A stretch of 59,968 nucleotides of DNA, filler included, from Stramenopiles sp. TOSAG23-2 (Eukaryota), in NCBI GenBank assembly GCA_900128395.1. It is 6 parts of 6 records of this genome, joined end to end, with 100 filler letters (N's around TTAATTAATTAA, not from the genome) between each part and the next. Parts side by side here need not be neighbours in the genome. Positions count along the whole stretch, not along the records: positions 10,032 to 19,956 come from LT650060.1; positions 20,057 to 29,980 come from LT650061.1; 4 more parts are not named here. One strand, written 5' to 3'. A model generated the notes under the pieces. That model saw only the letters and a program-made list of their open reading frames with translations. It was not told the origin of the DNA and ran no database searches. Shown in pieces: positions 10,700 through 20,745 of this stretch (its first letter is position 1; each line of letters opens with the position of its first letter). The position numbers were made by a program, and so were the translations under genes.

Positions 10700-13212
10700 A
10701 TGGCATCCCTTGCAAGTACAGATGTTAAGAAAGCAGCAAAATTAAAAAAGGAAGGAAATAAATTATTTGCAAAAGGATTGTATAAAGAAGCAATTGGTAA
10801 ATATACTGTTGCTATCCATTACGAACCAGCTAATGCTAAATTGTATTCCAATCGTTGTGCCTGTTGGATTTCATTAAGACAATACACACGAGCACAAACT
10901 GATGCAAATTTGACCGTAGAAAAAGATCCTAAATGGTATAAAGGTTACTATCGTTTAGCGACAATTGCGGAGAGATTAGAAATATATACCACTGCTTTAG
11001 AACAATATGAGAAAGCAGGAGAACTATGTAAAAGTGATAGTAAAGACAAGGCATTAATGGAAAACTTAAAAAACGAAATATTATCGAAAGTGCAAAAAAA
11101 CATTGATATTGGAGCAAAGGACAACGCCATAGGGAAAACAGAAGATGCTGAAGAAAAAAAATTTACACCCGGTATATATGCTTTGTCAATAGTTGAAGGT
11201 GCTGGCATGACCATTTGCAATGCAGTGAAAGATGGTTTCATTGGCGTTGCTGCTGGGAGACAAGCATATTGGACAAATGAATTTCGTCAAAATATGCCAA
11301 ACTTGTGGGTCAAACTAGTAGGAACTGATGGCAATAGACATCAAATGCAAAGTCCGCCAGGCTTTATTTCGGCGTTGCAAGATGTTACTAATGCAATTAT
11401 TGAAGAATTAGAATGTTTTTTTCTAAGTACTGATGAAGAAGGCTTTTGCCCAAATCAATTTCAACAAACATTACAATATATAACACAATGTCAAGTATAT
11501 CCTGGCAACAGCCCATTGCCAACGAGAGGTGCATTACAACTAACTGTACATAATTTCGGTTGGGCGTGTAGAGTAGAGAAGCCAATTACGATTATACAAC
11601 ACTGTGAAAAATATCTCAAATGGGCAAATGAGAAAACATGTCCATGGTTAAGAGATATGTGTCAAGACATGGGTTATTCAAGTTTAGAAATGGGAATATG
11701 GAGACCAGGTACGTTTCTCTCTCTTTTTGCATATATATAAATATACTGCCTATATATGCACTTGCTTTTGAAAAGTTAAAAATCATCTTCTTCTAACACT
11801 TTCATACTCTCTCGATATATGCATATAATAATATATTCATATATGCATCATCATCATGTTGGTGTTCCACTAAAGTTCGTATCGGTTTATCAAGTAGTAT
11901 TCGTGTGGCAATTTTAACATCTTTGGCTAAACTTTTTTTATACAATGCAGTTGCCGAAGCAATGGAAGATTTAAGATGGGCCATTACATTGCTACGTATG
12001 TCTAGAGAAGTATTGAAGCCACATGAGGAAATAGACGCAAATTTTCACTTAAAAGGTAATACATTGCGTAGATCTTTTGAAAGACGTTTGCGAAATTTGT
12101 TATGTGAATACATACAGAGGGGATGGATCAACGCGGGGCGTGGGGAGGAAAGTGATGCATTTAATTGGGATGAAGCAGAAGAAAATTTGCAATGGGTATT
12201 GGATAATTGCCATGATGTTGAGGTTAATGTTAGTTTGATGCATCCTCATATGCAACTGCATGGCCCTAATTTCGACACAAAAATATCATTGAAAGATTAT
12301 ATTGAAAAATTTGATTTCGATGAATATATTGGTGGTTACGATGAACACATGTGGATGCGATTGAGTAATATATATGACATTATCAATGTCCATATGAAAC
12401 GTGCAGCACATTGGTTTCAATTAAGTGATCGCGAATTTCAGAAATCGAGTAAATGGGGAGATACAGAAATCAAAGTATTAATATATCGTCGTAATGCATG
12501 TAAAGAATATGAACGTGCATTGAAACTATACCCAGAAGATGATCCAATGAAAGAAGTTGCATGTTTGAAACTAATTACATGTGCTGCAGTTTGTGGTTAT
12601 TATTCGCATGGTGAAATATTAGATAAAAAAAACGAATATGATGCAATTTTATTAAAGGTTAAAGAAAAACATGATATATTTAATACTGTTAGCAAAGCAA
12701 AAGGTAGCAAAAAATTTTCACATGATGAAGCATTTATGAAACAGTTGTTTGAAGTGTTTTTACCAGAAATATTGCCAACACCAACAACGATTGAAGGTGA
12801 GATATTGATGAAAGCTGAATTTTTACCAGAAATATGCATTTGTTGCAGAGAACGTGAACATTTTAATCCAACTGCAAAAGAACGAAGAAAACACATGAAA
12901 AAAGTAGGAAAAGCGATACCTGAATTAAAGGGGATTGCTAAGTCATCTCATCAATGGAATATTGCATATTCAAGTGATGGTATACAACTTGATATGGAAC
13001 AAGATGAGGATAGTGAAGATGAGAACGAAGAAGTTTTAGAAGATGATGCTAATTTGAAAATTCCTAAAAGAAAAAAATGCAATGTATGTGGTGAGGGAAG
13101 GAAAGGTAATAATACGTTAAAAGCATGCAGTCGCTGTAGAAAAGTGTATTATTGTTCAATAGAATGTCAAAAATACGATTGGAAACGACATAAAAAAGTG
13201 TGTATTGCCTGA
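10700..13212 (+). CDS. TPR-repeat + C-terminal MYND zinc-finger protein; join(10700..11708,11876..13212), 781 aa
   Basis: N-terminal STI1-like TPRs (LKKEGNKLFAKGLYKEAIGKYT, LYSNRCAC, WYKGYYR). Donor CAG|GTACGT at 11709 and acceptor AAG| at 11875 restore the frame (…IWRP-V-RIGLSSSIRV…). MYND motif CNVC…CSRCRKVYYCSIECQKYDWKRHKKVC. Confidence 0.8.
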
Positions 13213-13323
13213 TTCTGTCATTAAAATTAGCACATGACCATGAATATATTAAAATGATACACTAAGGCTCACATATAGTTCGTTCGTACGAGATATTTTG
13301 TACTTTCGTATATATATAATATA

Positions 13324-13927
13324 TAGAGCAGACGCCGGTTATGTGTACTTTTTTAATCCGCCTATGTGTACTTTTTAAAAAATTTCGTCTTTTGCCTTTA
13401 TTTCTATTAGTATACGAAAATGGTTACTAATTCCTTCTTTCTTTCTACCCCTAACCCTAACTTATTGTTAATACTAGAGCTTTGGCAGGTAGTTCGTTAA
13501 ACCCTAATGGCATGACCGGTAGTTGCATACTATATGTAACAGGAATAAGTGACACCTACTCGTTTACTAAAAAACACGATTTTACCCTATATTTATATGC
13601 TAATGTATATGTAGCCACTTTTCACTACTACCTCATTAATCCATGTCAAAACTATATATAAATTCAATAAAAGGCATTATTTTTGTGTTATTTTGACTAT
13701 TTATATAGGCAAATGAGTGCTATTTTTTGGTAATATTTCGTAACTTTATTACCTTAAAACAAAAAGTACACAGAAGTGTGGTTTTCTCTATATTATATTT
13801 ATAGTCTATATTATTCATTATTTTTGTGTTATTTTGACTATTTATATAGGCAAATGAGTGCTATTTTTTGGGAATATTTCGTAAATTTATTACCTTAAAA
13901 CAAAAAGTACACAGAAGTGGCCTTTTC

Positions 13928-13931
<4 letters not shown>
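13324..13931. mobile_element. MITE-like non-autonomous DNA element with imperfect ~30-bp TIRs and a duplicated right end
   Basis: Left end tagagcagacgccggttatgtgtacttttt versus reverse complement of right end tagagaaaaggccacttctgtgtacttttt (24/30 identical). The 116-bp right terminus occurs twice (13675-13790, 13816-13931) with a few substitutions. Confidence 0.6.
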
Positions 13932-13963
<32 letters not shown>

Positions 13964-14041
13964 TTATCGTATTTTTTTTATAAAAAATAAAAAATATTTT
14001 TATTTTTATTAATACAAATTATTTTTAATTTTTCTGATTTT

Positions 14042-15520
14042 TCACCACTTTTCAAACAACATCGCACTTGCTTTTGCATCAACACCATCCGAATCATCTT
14101 CACTACTTTCATCTTCATCATCACTATTCTTCTTTTTCTTTCGTTTCACCATAAATTCTTCACCAAGTCCACCGAAACTATCTGCCACTTCATTCAATTC
14201 ACGATCTCGTGCTTGTTTTGCAGCCCATCGTCTCTCTAAACGTTTAATATCACGTTCCCATTCATGATGCCATACTCTTAACCCGCAAGCCGGACAACCT
14301 TGAAGCCCGAACGGTGGCTTTGTTAACACTTTATTTAAACAATTATGATGCCACCAATGTGAACACCAAACACGACGAGCACGTTTTTTATTATCCTTAT
14401 CAAAAACAGCAGCAGATTTTGTGGGATCAGCTGGCAATAATGGTTTCTCACAACCTTGGCATTTTTCAACAGGTAATCTTAATATAAAATGGTTCGAAAT
14501 GAAATCTATCAATGGTCCGATACTATGTGTTGCACCTTCACCTCTTGCAGCTTTAGAAACAAGCGCAGCATCTTCTTTTTCTTGCCTAAGTGTTGCTTCT
14601 TCTTGCCAATTTAATTCTTTTTGAACTTCTGACTTTTTTAATTTACGCAATTCTCGTCTAGCTGCCTTACGTGTATTTTTATCATGTTCAAAAAATTGAT
14701 TCCGTTTGCCTTTATCATTGTTTACATTTTTTAAGTCACTGACTTTTTTCAAAAATTTAATATCATTTTTTAATTGATTAGTCAAATCATTTGTTATTAC
14801 AATTTCTTTCTCCTTCTTTGATTTTGGCGGTACTTTTTCAGGCCTTGATGCCATCATAGCCATTTCAGCAGTATATCCAAGTGAACATTTTCGTAAAATT
14901 TCTTTTGCTTGCATTGTATATATCCTTGCAACTTTTTTAGGAAATGTTGCTTTCGTTAATTTAATATCAGGTGGTTCAATTGGATAATTATCAGGTACAG
15001 ATAGATGTAATATAGCTGAATATTTCTCAAATTGAATATTCATTCTAACAGCACCTGTTGATTCATTCATTATCAAATCAGTGCAGTGTTTCCCTAACAT
15101 TTTTTTTGCTTTCCTAATTTCATGTACACAACATAATAATTTATTTTCTTTAACAATAGTTTGTATAAATAAAAGAATTTCCAATAATATGTTATTATTA
15201 TTATCGTTGTTTACAATTTTTTTTTCACATTGAATTTGAATTTTTTTCACCACACCTGCTGCAACTGTAAATGAAGAAAGCTCTACTACAATACCTGATG
15301 ATGGATATGTTTCTCCACGTATATATACATTTAAATTTAATCGACGATATGGACCATTTGAGAATTTGGATTGAATAGTATCTTTTCTACAAACAATTAC
15401 TTCATTTACACGGTCCAAACCATTATATTTTTTTATTTCTTGAATGTGAGTATTTAAAATGGGATTATTTATTTCATTATTGTTCTTGTTCGTATCAACG
15501 TTTGAGACAATTGATGTCAT
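14042..15520 (-). CDS. RWD-domain + RING-H2 finger protein (putative E3 ubiquitin ligase)
   Basis: RWD/UBC-like motif LHLSVPDNYPIEPPDIKL; RING-H2 pattern CQGC…CSHWWHHNC…CPAC. Confidence 0.7.
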   Translation of the reverse strand: MTSIVSNVDTNKNNNEINNPILNTHIQEIKKYNGLDRVNEVIVCRKDTIQSKFSNGPYRRLNLNVYIRGETYPSSGIVVELSSFTVAAGVVKKIQIQCEKKIVNNDNNNNILLEILLFIQTIVKENKLLCCVHEIRKAKKMLGKHCTDLIMNESTGAVRMNIQFEKYSAILHLSVPDNYPIEPPDIKLTKATFPKKVARIYTMQAKEILRKCSLGYTAEMAMMASRPEKVPPKSKKEKEIVITNDLTNQLKNDIKFLKKVSDLKNVNNDKGKRNQFFEHDKNTRKAARRELRKLKKSEVQKELNWQEEATLRQEKEDAALVSKAARGEGATHSIGPLIDFISNHFILRLPVEKCQGCEKPLLPADPTKSAAVFDKDNKKRARRVWCSHWWHHNCLNKVLTKPPFGLQGCPACGLRVWHHEWERDIKRLERRWAAKQARDRELNEVADSFGGLGEEFMVKRKKKKNSDDEDESSEDDSDGVDAKASAMLFEKW

Positions 15521-16201
15521 ATTTATCTTGTGTCTATATTGAATGAAGCAGTATAAATTATCATTATAGTGTGCGGGGTTGGCAAAAGTGTTATATATGT
15601 GGTATATGTTTTTGTTGGATAAGTATATTAAATGTACTATATAACTTATCTAAAAACTTATATGGATTATTATTATTATTTATATTAGTTATGAATATAT
15701 TATTATAAAATTTGTATTATTCAATTATGTTGTCATCAGAATTTAAAATTGTGATTTCGTGTGTTTCTTTTTAAATTAAGGGATACTCATTTCCACGGCG
15801 TGGCCAAAACATTCAAATTGAGACATAGGAGGATTGGTGTACTTGCACTGGAAAATTAGTAGTCTTTTTTGGTTTTTCATTTATTTTCATCATGCACATA
15901 ATTAGGTACAATATACGGTCATTCGGTCCAACCAATGCGAAGTTTTATTTTACAATTAGCTCGAGCTACCTGTACTATGTACACAGCATTGCGATCAACT
16001 TCTACTTTTACAAAACCACCAATTGAATGAATATAAAAATACGAAAATACTCCCAACTAAACATATTCATACATATTATCCGGAGACAAACTATCGAACT
16101 ATATATATTGTTAAATAACAAAAACAGAAAATAAAAAGAAATTATTTATTATAAAATCAATTAAACAAACAAACTAACACAAAATACAAAAATTATAAAA
16201 T

Positions 16202-17434
16202 ATGCCTGGAGCTTATATTGTTGAATGTGTACGTACCGCTGGTGGTAAAAAAAATGGACGTCTTTCTAAATGGCATCCTATTTCCCTTGGTGCTGCTGTA
16301 TTAGATGCAGTTGTGGAAAGAAGTGGTATTGACGGTAAGCATATTGATGACGTTATCGTTGGTTGCGTAAGTCAAGGTGGTGGCCAAGCTGGTAACATTG
16401 CACGTAACATGGTATTATCGTCTTCAAAAGTACCAGAAAGTGTACCAGGTACATCTGTTGATCGTCAATGTGGTTCATCCCAACAAGCTATCCACTTTGC
16501 AGCACAAGCTGTTATGTCTGGTGTACAAGATGTTGTTATTGCTGCTGGTGTTGAACATATGACATCTGTTCCAATCGGTAGTAATGTTGCTGACGGCTTC
16601 AAAGCTGGACATGGTTTACCAATGGACGATTCCATTAAAGGTAAATATGGCGCACGTTTAGAAGAGCGTGGACAACGTATGTTTAGTCAATTCGAAGGTG
16701 CTGAAATTTTAGCTGAAAAATACAATATTACACGTAAAGAAATGGATGCTTTCGCTGTAGCATCTCATGCAAAAGCATTAAGTGCAACTGAGAAAGGTTA
16801 TTTCAAAAAAGAAATCATCCCATTGAAAGGTACCGACAAGAACGGAAATACCGTAATTCATGATAAGGATGAAGGCATCCGCCCTGGCACAAACATGGCA
16901 GCACTTGCAAAATTACCATCCATGAAAAAACTTCAATCTGGTGGCAAGGTAGACGGTATGATTACTGCTGGTTTATCAAGTCAAATTTGCGATGGTGCGG
17001 CTGCAATTCTTATCTGTAACGAGGAAGGTTTGAAGAAACTTGGTGTACGCCCACGTGCTAAAATCATTTCATTGGCTTTAGCCGGCGACGATCCAGTGAT
17101 GATGCTTGGTGGACCAATCCCTGCAACCCAATCTGCATTACAAAAAGCAGGTTTAAGCATGAAAGATATGGATATTTACGAAGTAAATGAAGCATTCTGT
17201 TCCGTACCATTAGCATGGGCTAAAGCACTTGATGCAGATTTGGACAAATTAAATGTTAATGGCGGTGCAATGGCATTAGGACATCCACTTGGTGGCACTG
17301 GAGCTAAATTGATGACAACATTGGTACATGAAATGGAACGTCGTGGATCCAGATATGGTGTTCAAGCAATTTGTGAAGGTGGCGGAACAGCAAATGCAAC
17401 TATTCTTGAACTTATTCCTGGTTCAAAATTATAA
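16202..17434 (+). CDS. Acetyl-CoA acyltransferase (thiolase) with peroxisomal PTS1 (-SKL)
   Basis: Catalytic motifs DRQCGSSQQA, EVNEAF, GHPLGGTG and CEGGG; ends in SKL; intronless. Confidence 0.95.
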   Translation: MPGAYIVECVRTAGGKKNGRLSKWHPISLGAAVLDAVVERSGIDGKHIDDVIVGCVSQGGGQAGNIARNMVLSSSKVPESVPGTSVDRQCGSSQQAIHFAAQAVMSGVQDVVIAAGVEHMTSVPIGSNVADGFKAGHGLPMDDSIKGKYGARLEERGQRMFSQFEGAEILAEKYNITRKEMDAFAVASHAKALSATEKGYFKKEIIPLKGTDKNGNTVIHDKDEGIRPGTNMAALAKLPSMKKLQSGGKVDGMITAGLSSQICDGAAAILICNEEGLKKLGVRPRAKIISLALAGDDPVMMLGGPIPATQSALQKAGLSMKDMDIYEVNEAFCSVPLAWAKALDADLDKLNVNGGAMALGHPLGGTGAKLMTTLVHEMERRGSRYGVQAICEGGGTANATILELIPGSKL

Positions 17435-17937
17435 ATATTGATGTATTTTTATATATATATATAAATATATATATTTATATTTCTTTATTAATATATTAAT
17501 GTGATTGTATTCATATTTTGAAGGAGTTTATAATGTACAGCGCTGGTTGTTTATACGACAAAAAAAGTACGTATTCGTACAAGAAGTTCGTGTATCGTAA
17601 TACGAAAGCCTCGTGTATTAAAATATAAAAACAAGATTTTTTTACGTATCATTTTTTTGTTTATTATAGAGAGAGTTTTTATTGTTTTAAATATAAATGA
17701 GACCTCTAACATTTTAAAAATTTTACGTTTTCGTATTTTTTTTATATATTATACGAGACTCGTATATTAAAATATAAAAAATAAAATCTTGAAAAATATA
17801 TACGTTCGTACTAAAGATTCTCATCTCTTTTTTTACATATTTTCTATTTATTTTAATGTACACCTTACCTTGCATACTTCTCCTTTTAACACACACACAC
17901 GCACGCACGCATATCCATATAATTTATATTCTCCCTC

Positions 17938-19956
17938 CTAGCCAATTTCTCTTAAACATTGCTCAATAATGGGCATCGCAGTACGCGCCCTTCTTCTACG
18001 ATTAGCATTAGCTCCATTTAACTCCAGATTATCGGATTCGACATCTAGACCAACTACAGAATCTTGCGAAAAAGCATTTCGAAAGGCTAAATATCCCTGT
18101 GGGGTATTGGCATCATGTGAAGATTGAGTATCATGAATAAACGTATCATTAACATCATAATATTCATTATTACCATTTACATCCATATCATTTCGATGAG
18201 CCGATTCATCCCCACTTATATCTGCTTCTTCTTCAATGAGTTCATTTATATAAGCTTCACGCCGTTGCTTTCTCTTTTGAATTTGACCATTCTTCCTTTT
18301 CACCTTTCGCAACTTCGATGGCGGCCGTTGGTTACGTTCTTTCCTAGTATTGTAATCGTTTGATTTTTTTCTCTTTCGATTATCATTATAAATATTTTTC
18401 TTTCGAACATTTTTAATAGATTTATTAAAATAATGGAGATGGTCGGGGCAATAAGTTTTACCAACAAGTTGGCCATTGTTATCATCAACAATCATACGAG
18501 AGAAACCTTTTTGTTGAGCACATGTCACATGGAAAGAGCGCATGCAATCTCCAGCATCGCATTGTATGCAAGGGTAAGAATCTATATTCTTGCTTAATGA
18601 TTGTGGAGAACAAATTTCACAAACAAGTTGCTTACGTTCTACATCGATATTATTCAAATTTGCTATATTACTATTTTCAAAATACGCTTCCCCAATAAAC
18701 ATAACACATTGCGGATGTACCCATCTATTGCATTTAGATCTTTGCAATGGAAGCCAACCATTGGGGCAAAGACAACAGGCGTTTCTTTTCAACCTTCCTT
18801 TTGACATTGATCGATATTCATTTTTCTTTGTACTACAATTAATACACATGTCGCAAAAATAATCACCTGAAGGTACTTTCTTTATTCCATAGCAAGCTTG
18901 ATGAAATGCTAAATTGCAGCCATCACAAAATAGGATTGGATTTTCATCAGTTGTATCTTGCAACTTACAAATTGAACAAGGCGTATCATCATCAACTGCA
19001 TCTTCAAAATCATCATCGTTTTCAAAGGCACTTGGAGAATTTTTTATTTTCGGTTTATAAATTGGATTTCTTTCGTTACGCCTTATGTTATCTTTACCAT
19101 CACTAGATTCATCATCATCGTCATCATCGTCATCATCATCATCCTCGAGAACAAGAATAGCTTTTTTACCTTTTCCACCATTTTTGCGTGTAAGCAAAGG
19201 GGATAGATCTTCTTGTGTCTCATCTAATTGAATGCCATTTAGATCCGCTTCATTAAAAATCGGTGGAGGTGGTACTAATTCGCTTCCTTTCGTTACTTCG
19301 ATCGCACTTTCGAACATTTGTACAACACTTTCTTTATCTCTTTTCTCATACTTAGATTGAAAATATTTTTTAAAATTGCTGTGTTGAATATGATCATTCA
19401 CTGCATCTTCATCTTTTTCATCGTCGTCATCACCTTGTACAAATGTTTCTTCCATGAAATTTGATTGTTTTTGCGAATTTTCTGCAGAATCACTTTCATA
19501 CATGGATGTATTTTCGTCACTATTTAATGAAGAAACTTGCGAAAAAGGATAGTTGGAATGACGCTTTTTCATATTTTTTGGGTGAACATCATACATTTCC
19601 CACGATGTCTCTTCGTCATGCTCATCACTTACAAGGTTGTAAAGCATTTTGCCTGTCCCAACTCGTTTTGTACTTTTTATAATTGCCAACCACCAATCTC
19701 CACCATCTCGTACTCGTACACGATCTCCAACGTTGTATTTTTCCTCCAATTTTTTTTTCTGGGAAACATTTGTCCCCATCTTTTTCTTGGCAATAGATGG
19801 AGTAACAAATATTTTTTCATTCACACTGGCATCTATGCTGCTACCATTCACATTTTCCTTTTCATAAGATGTTTGCAAAACATTTCCCCCTCCATCGTTG
19901 CTTTGCATCATATCTTTTGCTAGTCTTATTGCAATATCTTTGATCTGACCATAGGG
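17938..19956 (-). CDS. 5'-truncated chromatin protein: Tudor-like domain + PHD/Zn-knuckle/ePHD (PZP module as in BRPF/JADE/AF10) + acidic C-terminus
   Basis: Frame is open to the contig edge (…PYGQIKDIAIRLAKDMMQ). YNVGDRVRVRDGGDWW is Tudor-like. PHD: CSIC…ILFCDGCNLAFHQACYGI…FCDMC. ePHD: CCLCP…WVHPQC…CEIC…CIQCDAGDCMRSFHVTCA…YCPDH. Confidence 0.85.
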   Translation of the reverse strand, partial: PYGQIKDIAIRLAKDMMQSNDGGGNVLQTSYEKENVNGSSIDASVNEKIFVTPSIAKKKMGTNVSQKKKLEEKYNVGDRVRVRDGGDWWLAIIKSTKRVGTGKMLYNLVSDEHDEETSWEMYDVHPKNMKKRHSNYPFSQVSSLNSDENTSMYESDSAENSQKQSNFMEETFVQGDDDDEKDEDAVNDHIQHSNFKKYFQSKYEKRDKESVVQMFESAIEVTKGSELVPPPPIFNEADLNGIQLDETQEDLSPLLTRKNGGKGKKAILVLEDDDDDDDDDDDESSDGKDNIRRNERNPIYKPKIKNSPSAFENDDDFEDAVDDDTPCSICKLQDTTDENPILFCDGCNLAFHQACYGIKKVPSGDYFCDMCINCSTKKNEYRSMSKGRLKRNACCLCPNGWLPLQRSKCNRWVHPQCVMFIGEAYFENSNIANLNNIDVERKQLVCEICSPQSLSKNIDSYPCIQCDAGDCMRSFHVTCAQQKGFSRMIVDDNNGQLVGKTYCPDHLHYFNKSIKNVRKKNIYNDNRKRKKSNDYNTRKERNQRPPSKLRKVKRKNGQIQKRKQRREAYINELIEEEADISGDESAHRNDMDVNGNNEYYDVNDTFIHDTQSSHDANTPQGYLAFRNAFSQDSVVGLDVESDNLELNGANANRRRRARTAMPIIEQCLREIG

Positions 19957-20056
19957 NNNNNNNNNNNNNNNNNNNNNNNNNNNNNNNNNNNNNNNNNNNN
20001 TTAATTAATTAANNNNNNNNNNNNNNNNNNNNNNNNNNNNNNNNNNNNNNNNNNNN
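19957..20056. other. Artificial contig linker
   Basis: N44-TTAATTAATTAA-N44. Confidence 0.98.
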
Positions 20057-20058
20057 AT

Positions 20059-20205
20059 GATGAAAACGAATTTGCAAATGAAACAACTTTTACTTCTAGT
20101 AATAGTAGAAGGAATAATAAAAGTAGAGACTCAAAAGTAATGGAAAAAAAAATAGAATTGAATAATAATACAAGTGGCGATGGTACATGGTGGCAGGTAA
20201 AATAG
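20059..20205 (+). CDS. 3' fragment of a gene cut by the contig edge (DENEFANETT…GDGTWWQVK*)
   Basis: Open frame from the linker to TAG at 20203-20205, followed by a TACG-rich flank like those after other stop codons. Confidence 0.4.
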   Translation, partial: DENEFANETTFTSSNSRRNNKSRDSKVMEKKIELNNNTSGDGTWWQVK

Positions 20206-20745
20206 AGAGAGATGGTGCACGTAATTAATTGGAGCGAGAGTGTCAGGGAGAGAGAGATGTGGTGTTTTATAAAAAAATACGAAGTACGACACGTATTATA
20301 TACGCTCGTACGTACGTAAAAGAAATGTTTTTTGCATATTTTTTTAGATTGCTGTAGAGATATGATATATGATATGTGATGCGTACTGAATAATATCCAG
20401 TAATTGAGCATTAGTATTTACCATGGGAAGAAAAATTATTAAATATTTAAAATAAACGCTTATAAAATTTTAACCACATCCTCTTTATAATAAAAAATAT
20501 TTTATATGATGTACATATCATACGACAATTCCCCCCATCATTATATTATATTCGTACTCGTATATTATATTTACATATATATTACAAAGAAGAGGGAAAA
20601 AAAAAAAAAACGTACCACATTAAACATCTCGATCCGCATATCATTAGTCTCTCATATTTTTTTGCATGTGTGTGTATGGTAATATATATACTTCGTGTGT
20701 ACGTTCGTATGTTTTATCTAGATATATCATCCCTTTTTTTTAGAT

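Noticed and set aside
13448-13460. CCCTAACCCTAAC as a telomere
   Set aside because: Only two units, internal to a MITE-like element, not at a contig end.
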